DNA from: Patescibacteria group bacterium
GTDB taxonomy: Bacteria > Patescibacteriota > Gracilibacteria > UBA4473
Direction: 5' to 3'
DNA length: 64,000 nt
Assembly (NCBI GenBank): GCA_965660445.1
Contig: CBFIAK010000001.1
Coordinates: 32,001-96,000, forward strand
Shown piece by piece: positions 30,699 to 38,800 of the stretch. A program made the translations under genes and the position numbers. The first letter of the stretch is position 1, and each line of letters starts with the position of its first letter. Under the pieces are notes generated by a model. The model was not told the origin of the DNA and made no database searches. It saw only the letters and a program-made list of their open reading frames with translations.

Positions 30699-31937
30699 AT
30701 GAATAAGTTAGTACCAGAAGTGAAATACTGCATCTATGCGAGGAAGTCGAGTGAATCGGATGAGAAACAAGCCCTATCGATTGGATCACAGATAACCGAA
30801 ATGCAACGGCTGGCAGAAAAAGAAGGACTCAAGGTCGTTGAGAGCATCCAAGAGAGCAAATCTGCCAAAGACTCGGGGCAAAGAGCAGGATTTACACAGC
30901 TTCTCGCAGGGCTTGAGGAAGAGCGGTTCAATGCCATTCTCACATGGGCACCAGATCGGCTGAGTAGAAATGCGGGAGACCTTGGGAAACTGGTAGATCT
31001 AATGGATCAGAAGGTGCTTGTGAAGATTCAGACAAGCGGACAGGCATTCACAAACACTCCTGATGAAAAATTCCTGCTCATGATCCTGTGTTCTCAAGCC
31101 AAGTTAGAAAACGATAACAGGTCAAAGAATGTGAAACGAGGACAACGAACACGGTGCGAAATGGGAACTAGTCCTGGACCCGTGCCACTTGGATATAAAC
31201 TCATCCGAGGACAAAAATACGGAGAAGCGAGTAAGATTTTAATCGATACGGAACAAGCCCCATTCGTTAAAAAAGCATTCGAATATATCGCTTATGAGAA
31301 CTTAAGTGGACGACAGGTAAAAGAATATCTGGAAGATGAAGGATTCCGTAATAAACAAGGGAAAGTCATTGGATATAGTCGAATTTTCAAAATCATTAAA
31401 GAACCGTTTTACTACGGTGAGTTTGATTATGGAGGAATCCGATACAAAGGAACTCATAAACCGATAATCACAAAAGAACTCTTTGATGCTGTTCAAGACA
31501 AACTGCAAAAATATGCGGTTCGAGAAAAATGGGGACGAAAAGATTTTTACTTCAATCGGATTCTGAAATGTGCTGAGTGTGGATCAGGTGTCAGTGGAAC
31601 AGAACACACAAACAGACATGGAACCAAATACATCTACTACAAATGCAACAAATATGGCGGAACAAAAAAATGTAGTTGCAAATACATTCGAGAAGAAAAA
31701 CTTTTTGAAGAAGTGGCAAAAATCATTGTCGACGTAAAAGAAGAACATCTTCGAATGAATCGACGAATCAAAGAAGACTTAATAATGATAAATCGGCATC
31801 ACAGAGAAAAACCAATAACAATCCAAGAGCATTTAATCTCCATACTCAAGGATGGAACGAAAAAAGAGAAATCTGATATTTTGAGGAGTTTTAAAGAGAA
31901 ATTATTATTGAAAGATGGGAAAATAGTATTGTTTTAA
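30699..31937 (+). CDS. Large serine recombinase (resolvase, recombinase and Zn-ribbon domains)
   Basis: YARKS catalytic motif, DRLSRN, PLGY, FYYG, HKPII, CAECG and YYKC. Confidence 0.92.
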   Translation: MNKLVPEVKYCIYARKSSESDEKQALSIGSQITEMQRLAEKEGLKVVESIQESKSAKDSGQRAGFTQLLAGLEEERFNAILTWAPDRLSRNAGDLGKLVDLMDQKVLVKIQTSGQAFTNTPDEKFLLMILCSQAKLENDNRSKNVKRGQRTRCEMGTSPGPVPLGYKLIRGQKYGEASKILIDTEQAPFVKKAFEYIAYENLSGRQVKEYLEDEGFRNKQGKVIGYSRIFKIIKEPFYYGEFDYGGIRYKGTHKPIITKELFDAVQDKLQKYAVREKWGRKDFYFNRILKCAECGSGVSGTEHTNRHGTKYIYYKCNKYGGTKKCSCKYIREEKLFEEVAKIIVDVKEEHLRMNRRIKEDLIMINRHHREKPITIQEHLISILKDGTKKEKSDILRSFKEKLLLKDGKIVLF

Positions 31938-32023
31938 CGTCAGGAATATACGAAGTTTTGCGACTGAAAGGAGTAAAATTTGGGTGAAGCCTGCAAGGAT
32001 TTTCTCTTTAAGCCTTGTTATGT
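31932..32023 (-). repeat. attC-like site 2 (apparently chimeric)
   Basis: Minus strand reads CACATAAC...GTTAAAAC; same layout as site 1. Confidence 0.72.
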
Positions 32024-32091
32024 GGTTTTTCTGCAAGAAAAACTGCTGGAGAAAATCTTTGATTTTCGTAAGCACAGTATGACGGAGGACA

Positions 32092-32589
32092 CTATCTACT
32101 AGAATAAAAATCCTGTATTTCTTTCCAACTTCCATCAATCTTTTTTGCTAAAGAGTATCTTGAGATTCTATCTTTTCGACTAATTAATTCTTTTGAAGTT
32201 CTATCAAATTGTGAAGATGATTTTGAAATTGTTAAATGTGGATTATAATTATCTTCAAAATATTGTTTTGCGATTACATCAAATTCTGAATCAGCATAAT
32301 TTCTTACAACAGAAACAATTCCTTTATGCAATTGCAAAAGCTCATCAGAACGAGATAATTTTAACACTAAAGAATCTTTATCAAAATCATCGAAACCTAA
32401 AGTTTCAAATTCAAAAGGATTAAAACTAATTTGAGAAAAATCAGTAACCAATTTATTTTCATGTTTAGGTTTCATATAGAAAAAACAAAGTGTAGAATGT
32501 AAACCAGAACTTGGTAGAACTAAATTATTTTGTCTCGAAATTAAATTGGACAATTCTTCGTTTGGTCGAAAATAAGCAAGATACTTCAT
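32092..32589 (-). CDS. 2H phosphoesterase (LigT/2'-5' RNA ligase-like); ORF of cassette 2 (31938-32653)
   Basis: Two HxT motifs, LHSTL and PHLTI. Confidence 0.8.
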   Translation of the reverse strand: MKYLAYFRPNEELSNLISRQNNLVLPSSGLHSTLCFFYMKPKHENKLVTDFSQISFNPFEFETLGFDDFDKDSLVLKLSRSDELLQLHKGIVSVVRNYADSEFDVIAKQYFEDNYNPHLTISKSSSQFDRTSKELISRKDRISRYSLAKKIDGSWKEIQDFYSSR

Positions 32590-32647
32590 AAATTAAGGAA
32601 AGAAATACAGTAATATAAATATTTGGATAGTGTTCGAGTAATATTGC

Positions 32648-32729
32648 ACATAACATCAGGATTTAACAAAGTTCGCGGAGCGAATTTGGGAAATTCCTGC
32701 AAGGAATTTCTGTTAAATCCTTGTTAAAT
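32648..32729 (-). repeat. attC-like site 1
   Basis: Plus strand TAACA-TC-AGGATTTAACA...TGTTAAATCCT-TGTTA forms a stem with a 2-nt bulge; minus-strand cores CATTTAAC and GTTATGTG. Confidence 0.82.
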
Positions 32730-32790
32730 GAGGGTGAGCGAAGCGAAAGGCTGCAAGCCGTCCCCGACTGACTGCAAGGAAGGAGAGTTT

Positions 32791-33309
32791 CTACAAACAA
32801 ACGTCATCAGTCAAGAGAATTTGCTTTTTACCAAGAATATGTTTTAAACTATCAATTGCCGAATCATGATTATTTTTCCCATGTAAAGAATTACAAGCAT
32901 CTTCAATTACAAAAGTTTCAATATTATTATCAAATAAATCCATCGCAGTTTTGATAATACAAACATCCGTGTAAATCCCAGTAAGATAAATTTTTGTAAT
33001 TTTATTAGTTTTAATGAATTCTTTTAATTCATTATTTAATACAGTATAAGTATTATGCTGAATGTTTATATTGTCTGATGTTTGTAATTCGGAAAATAGT
33101 TTTTGATCTTCTTTATTTTGAAATTTAGTCCAACTTAATTGTTTTTCAAATAAAGATTTTCCATCATTAACAAATGTTGGAAAAACTATTTTTCCATTAA
33201 ATGATTCTTTCAATTTTAAAAGATTCGGCAATATATTCTCAGATTCTTGGTATCTAAAACCTTCTTGCATATCAATTATTAAAAGCAAATTCTCCATAAT
33301 ATAAAACAT
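32791..33309 (-). CDS. Isochorismatase/cysteine hydrolase family protein; ORF of cassette 1 (32654-33354)
   Basis: LLIIDMQEGF, GIYTDVCI and IEDAC motifs; start may be ATG 33297. Confidence 0.85.
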   Translation of the reverse strand: MFYIMENLLLIIDMQEGFRYQESENILPNLLKLKESFNGKIVFPTFVNDGKSLFEKQLSWTKFQNKEDQKLFSELQTSDNINIQHNTYTVLNNELKEFIKTNKITKIYLTGIYTDVCIIKTAMDLFDNNIETFVIEDACNSLHGKNNHDSAIDSLKHILGKKQILLTDDVCL

Positions 33310-33347
33310 AAATTACTTTGTATATAAAAGTTTGTTTGTAGAAATTT

Positions 33348-33370
33348 CATTTAACTCGTTTTTATCCAAC
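33348..33370 (-). other. attI-like recombination site
   Basis: Minus strand GTTGGAT-aaaaacga-G/TTAAATG; the GTTAAATG core exactly complements the CATTTAAC of site 1. Confidence 0.7.
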
Positions 33371-33382
33371 CTTTGTATTTCA

Positions 33383-33411
33383 AATATAGCAATTTCTTGT
33401 ATGTTATGCAA
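33383..33411 (-). promoter_or_regulatory. Pc-like promoter facing the cassettes
   Basis: TTGCAT-17 nt-TATATT with an extended -10 TG on the minus strand. Confidence 0.55.
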
Positions 33412-33431
33412 ACTTTTATTATTCTTTGGAT

Positions 33432-34244
33432 ATGGAAAATATTTTGGACAAAACCGAACGAGTTTGGAAATTGAGAAACTACTCCCCAAAAACTCGCAAA
33501 GCATATCTGTTCTACATAAGAGAGTATATCAGTTTTTCTAAAGGAAAAGGAATTAAAGATAAACAAAAAGCGATTGAAGATTTTTTGCTTGATAAATACA
33601 ATCGTAAACAATCTCCGCAAACAGTTAATCTGGCACTCAATGCGGTAAAATTTCTGTACGCGGAAGTTTTGAAAGATCCACAAAAGATTGACTTGAAGTT
33701 TGCGAAGAGAGACAAGAAATTACCCATTGTTTTGTCTCATGCAGAAATTAAAGAAATTATCCAGGCGACTGAAAATGCAAAATACAAACTCATGATTTCG
33801 CTTGGCTATGCTTGCGGTCTGCGTGTGAGTGAAGTTATAAATCTACGTGTTGCAGATTTGGATATTGATGAACTCGTCGTACATATCAAAGGAGCAAAGG
33901 GGAAAAAAGACAGAATCAGTGTTTTGCCAGAAAAATTACAAAATGATTTGCGAAATATCATTGCAGGCAAAAGTAATAATGATTTTATCTTTGCCTCTAA
34001 TCGAGGAGGAAAACTCACAACAACGTCTTTACAAAAAATGTTCCGCAAAAGTTTAGCCAATACGAACATAAGAAAACCCGCTACCTTTCACTCATTGCGT
34101 CATTCATTCGCCACGCATTTACTCGAAAATGGAACCGATGTGAGATATGTGCAAGAACTGCTTGGGCATTCCAACATCCGCACCACACAAGTGTATACGC
34201 AAGTAACAAATCCAAAGTTAAAGAACATAAAAAGCCCTTTATAA
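33432..34244 (+). CDS. IntI-like tyrosine recombinase lacking the IntI-specific insertion
   Basis: N-terminal LRNYSPKTRKAY, KKLPIVLS, GLRVSE, KGKKDR, HSLRHSFATHLL, LGH...TQVYT and a C-terminal SPL. Confidence 0.9.
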   Translation: MENILDKTERVWKLRNYSPKTRKAYLFYIREYISFSKGKGIKDKQKAIEDFLLDKYNRKQSPQTVNLALNAVKFLYAEVLKDPQKIDLKFAKRDKKLPIVLSHAEIKEIIQATENAKYKLMISLGYACGLRVSEVINLRVADLDIDELVVHIKGAKGKKDRISVLPEKLQNDLRNIIAGKSNNDFIFASNRGGKLTTTSLQKMFRKSLANTNIRKPATFHSLRHSFATHLLENGTDVRYVQELLGHSNIRTTQVYTQVTNPKLKNIKSPL

Positions 34245-34402
34245 ATATTTTTAAAACTGCCCTTATCGCACATACCTCATAGGAAGCAAAAACTCCTACC
34301 CATGCGACGACTTTGAAGGCTTTATCAACGCTAAATACCCCAAATGTCCCAATGCCCCATCCACCATAGTGGAAAGGAACCAGGTGCCATTAGTGCGTTG
34401 TC

Positions 34403-34493
34403 TGGCGGAGAGAGAGGGATTCGAACCCTCGGTTCCGGAAAACGGAACACACGCTTTCCAAGCGTGCGCATTCGACCACTCTGCCATCTCTCC
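34403..34493 (-). tRNA. tRNA-Ser(GGA)
   Basis: GGAGAGATGGCAGAGTGG...CTTGGAAAG...long variable arm...GGTTCGAATCC...CCGCCA. Confidence 0.96.
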
Positions 34494-34587
34494 TTTTCAT
34501 CGCATTGGCGGTATCCTATCACAAACGTTCCTTCATTCAAGCAAAAAAAGTTGAAAAAAATCCGAAAAACTCCCACAATCAAAACAC

Positions 34588-35616
34588 ATGAATCGATTAT
34601 TCTGGCTATCAAGTCTCTTTTTATGCACCGTCGCATGGGCATCTCCCATGCCTTATAAGGCGTCATTACAGTCATATACCAATCAAAGAATCCCTCAAAA
34701 TGCAGTTGGGGCGCATATAGCCACGCTTCATATACAGGCTCATGAAGACATTGCTGTTTCTGAAATCCATGTATGGGCGAAAGGACTCGTCACCAGTGAC
34801 GATTTTGAAAATGCATGGATCGAAACGAGTACTCAAGTTTCAAGCTTTCAATCGCCTTTTTTTAATGATAACACCAGTCATATACGGTTTCGAGACCCTA
34901 TTTATATCTCAAAAAACGAAGAAATAAGTTTTGATATATTTTTAAGTCTGCGCCAGAACATTGCGAATCGAAATTTTTCACTTGATGTCCAAAACATAGT
35001 ACTTGAAAACAAAAACCACAAAACAACGCCTATCACTTTACTCGAAACACAGCAAACAACTATTTCTGGATTCGAAGCACCTGAAATAAAAATCATACCG
35101 CTTGGTTCAGATACCGTAATTCCCATGGGACGCACACGAGAACTTGCACGGTTTCAAATACAAAACACAAACGCAACACCTATAAATCTTAAAAACATTC
35201 AACTCGAAAACATTGGTACGGCGAACTTGCATGAGAGTTTTTCTTCTCTCAGTCTTATACATCAAAACACCGTACTCGCAAACGCATCACCACAACAAAA
35301 TGAAACGATTACTTGGGAAATTCCTTCGTTTGTTATCGAAAGAAACCAATCGGCAACATTCCAAGTCAGCGGACAACTTCTCTACGCACAAGACGGAAAA
35401 ACTCTCCAGTTTCAAATCAAAAACGCTACTGATATAAAAACAAAACACAATGATCAGTCTTCATATGCTCGTATTATCTCATCATTACCCGTTTCACTCT
35501 CTACTCATACACTTCGCGGAGGCGGACTATTTACACGCCCATATAGACACAAATATTCTGGATTGCGTCGATCAGGAATCGAAATAAAAAACCCGTGGTA
35601 TTTTCGCAATCACTAA
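34588..35616 (+). CDS. Exported protein with two beta-rich (Ig-like) repeats
   Basis: Signal peptide ending in AWA; two similar beta-rich halves. Confidence 0.6.
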   Translation: MNRLFWLSSLFLCTVAWASPMPYKASLQSYTNQRIPQNAVGAHIATLHIQAHEDIAVSEIHVWAKGLVTSDDFENAWIETSTQVSSFQSPFFNDNTSHIRFRDPIYISKNEEISFDIFLSLRQNIANRNFSLDVQNIVLENKNHKTTPITLLETQQTTISGFEAPEIKIIPLGSDTVIPMGRTRELARFQIQNTNATPINLKNIQLENIGTANLHESFSSLSLIHQNTVLANASPQQNETITWEIPSFVIERNQSATFQVSGQLLYAQDGKTLQFQIKNATDIKTKHNDQSSYARIISSLPVSLSTHTLRGGGLFTRPYRHKYSGLRRSGIEIKNPWYFRNH

Positions 35617-35818
35617 AGAACAGAAAAACCCGCAAAACAAAGCAAAAAAATTTGACTTATTCTGTATCACAATTATTATCGCCCCCGATTATAGTTTGTA
35701 TACAAATCTTGTGTTTTTCTTTCCATGCAAAAAAAACTTCTCCAATAAAGCATTACTGATCTTGTTTGGTAAAGCTCTATAAGAGTGTTTATTTTTATTT
35801 TTTCACCCTTCTTGTTCT

Positions 35819-38800
35819 ATGGTTGCCGTACAAAAATTCAATTTTCCAGCAAAACTTTCTCCTGTAAAAAAAGAAGGAGAACGATATTTTTTCACGTCTG
35901 ATATCGGAGATGGGTTTGAGTTCCCAGATCTTATTCAAGTACAAACCAATTCTTATGACTGGTTTTTAGGAGAAGGACTTCAAGAACTCATTGATTCTAT
36001 AAATCCTATTGAAGACGCAACAGGAAAAAAACTAAAACTAGAAATAAAAAGTTACGACATTGAACCTCCTAAATACGATTTAGATACGTGTCATAAAAAA
36101 GGATTGTCATATGAATCAATCATTCGAGCACAAGTAGCGCTCACCAATCTTGAAACTGGAGAAATCAAGGAACAAGAAGTTTATTTTGGACAAATTCCAC
36201 AAATAACAGATCAAGGAACATTTATTATTAATGGGATTGAACGGATTATTGTTTCTCAAATTGTACGAAGCCCTGGAGCGTTTTTTGCAGAAATGCAAAA
36301 CATGCCAAATGCATTTACAGCAAAACTGATTCCAAAACGAGGAGCATGGATTGAAATTGAAACTGACAAAAGAGGTCTTATTTGGGTGAAAGTCGACCGA
36401 AAACGAAAAATACCAGTGACCATGTTTTTGCGAACATTCGGGTATGATACGGATAAAAAAATTCTAGACTTGTTTAAAAATGAAACAAAAGGACTCACTG
36501 AAAACCCAATTTTAAAAACACTTGAGAAAGACGAAGCAACAACTGAAAAAGAAGCATGGCAAGGAGTTTATAAACGAATTCGTCCAGGAGATTTAGCAAC
36601 ACCTGAAAACGCTAAAGTGTTTTTAGATGATATGTTTTTAAATTTTCGAAAATACGATTTAGGACCTATTGCGCGATACAAAATCAATAAAAAGTTTGAT
36701 TTAAAAACGCCAAACACTCCAGAAGGCCGCACTTTTCAATTAGAAGACTTTATTGAAATGGTACGTGAAATTATACGACTCAATAACGGATCAGGACAAG
36801 GTCCTGACGATATTGATCATTTAGCGAATCGACGTATCCGAGGGGTAGGAGAACTCGTACAAAACAAGTTTCGAATCGGATTGCTTCGAACAGAACGTAT
36901 TATTCGAGACCGAATGTCTATTGTCGATCTCGAAACCGTGACTCCAACTCAAATTGTAAACTGCAGACCAATCACAGCTGCAATGCATGAGTTCTTTGCA
37001 TCTGCACAACTTTCGCAATTCATGGATCAAACAAATCCTTTAGCCGAACTTGAACACAAACGACGAATTTCAGCTATGGGTCCAGGGGGGCTTTCACGAG
37101 AACGAGCATCATTTGAAGTACGTGACGTACACCCATCTCAATACGGGCGTATTTGTCCGGTCACAACACCAGAAGGTCCGAATATCGGACTCGTATTACA
37201 CTTAGCATCGTATGCAAAAGTGAATGAATATGGGTTTTTAGAAACTCCATATCGAACAGTCTCTCATGTAATTGCAAATGATGGAACTGCTGTCATAGGA
37301 CGAAGAGTAAAAGAAGAAATCCTTGATGGAAAAAAAGTTATTATCTCAAAAGACCAAATCTGCACAAAAGAACAAGCAGAAGCCATCAAGAAAATAAAAG
37401 ACAAAAAAGAAATTAAAGTACAGGCTTATATCACAGATGAAGTACAATATTATGACCCAGATGCTGAACGAAAAATGTGTATTGCACAAGCGAACACCAT
37501 TTTAAACGACAGAGGAGAATTTACGAAAAGTTTTATTTCTGCTCGTAAAAACTATGAACCTGGAACCTATGATGAATCGATGGTGACACATATTGATATT
37601 TCTCCAAAACAGATTGTGTCTCTTTCTACATCACTTATTTCATTCCTTGAACACGACGACAATACTCGTGCATTGATGGGATCAAACATGCAACGACAAG
37701 CAGTTCCTCTTATTATGCCAGATTCCCCTATTGTTGGAACAGGAATGGAAAAGATCACATCACGAGACCAATGTATTCGAGCTGAAGAAGATGGAGAAAT
37801 TAAGTATGCTGATGCGAATGAAATCGTATTTGTCAGCAAATCAGGAAAAAAGAAAACATATTCACTCAAAACATTTTATCGATCAAACCAATCGACTTGT
37901 ATCACACAGAAAACAAAAGTAGTGAGTAAACAAAAAGTAAAAAAAGGTGATGTCTTAGCTGATGGAGCTTCTGTAGAAAACGGAGAGCTTGCCATTGGGC
38001 AAAACTTGATCGTTGCGTACATGTCATGGAGTGGGTACAACTACGAAGATGCGATTATTATTTCTGAACGGTTAGTAAAAGAAGGGTCATACAATTCTAT
38101 TCATATTGAAAAATATGAACTCGATGTTCGTGACACAAAACTTGGGCCCGAAGAACTCACTGCAGACATTCCAAACGTAGCAGCCGCAAAACTCAAAGAC
38201 TTAGACGAAAATGGATTGGTTCGTATTGGATCAACGGTTCTGGCAGGAGATATTCTTGCCGGAAAAGTGACTCCGAAAGGAGAAAGTGAATTAACCGCTG
38301 AAGATCGATTATTAAGAGCTATTTTTGGAGAAAAAGCAAACGATGTAAAAGATTCTTCTCTTCGGCTTCCACGAGGATCTGGAGGGAAAGTGATTGACGT
38401 AAATATACTTGATCGATCACAAGGTGACGATTTACCAAATGGAGTATTGAAACGAATTCAGATTTTAGTAGCACAGCTACGACATTTAGAAGCAGGAGAC
38501 AAAATGGCAGGACGACACGGGAACAAAGGAGTTATTTCTCGAGTTGTACCAATTGAAGATATGCCACATATGGAAGACGGAACGCCAGTTGATATTATTC
38601 TTAATCCTCTTGGGGTATCGTCTCGTATGAACATTGGACAAATTCTCGAAACACATTTAGGAATGGCAGCCTATAAGATGGGTATAAAAGTAGCAACTCC
38701 AGTACTGAATGGAATCTCGTTAGACAAAATACAAGAGTTCCTCAAAGCAAACAATTTACCGGAAGACGGAAAGTTCCAACTCTATGACGGACGAAGTGGA

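Larger units (their letters stand above)
30478..34408. mobile_element. Element 2: serine-recombinase element at the tRNA-Ser 3' end, carrying an integron-like module
   Basis: TGGCGG cores at 30478 and 34403 (the latter is the tRNA CCGCCA end); contains a large serine recombinase. Confidence 0.8.

Noticed and set aside
31932-32790. CRISPR array interpretation of the hairpin repeats
   Set aside because: Only two long, degenerate sites separated by whole genes; no regular repeat-spacer period and no cas genes.
33432-34244. Tyrosine recombinase as chromosomal XerC/D or as the island's tRNA integrase
   Set aside because: IntI-type termini and divergent cassettes with matched GTT cores fit cassette recombination better, and the 6-bp island core fits the serine recombinase. 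This is disfavoured rather than excluded.
34296-34675. ORFs overlapping tRNA-Ser
   Set aside because: Shadow ORFs across a clear tRNA gene.
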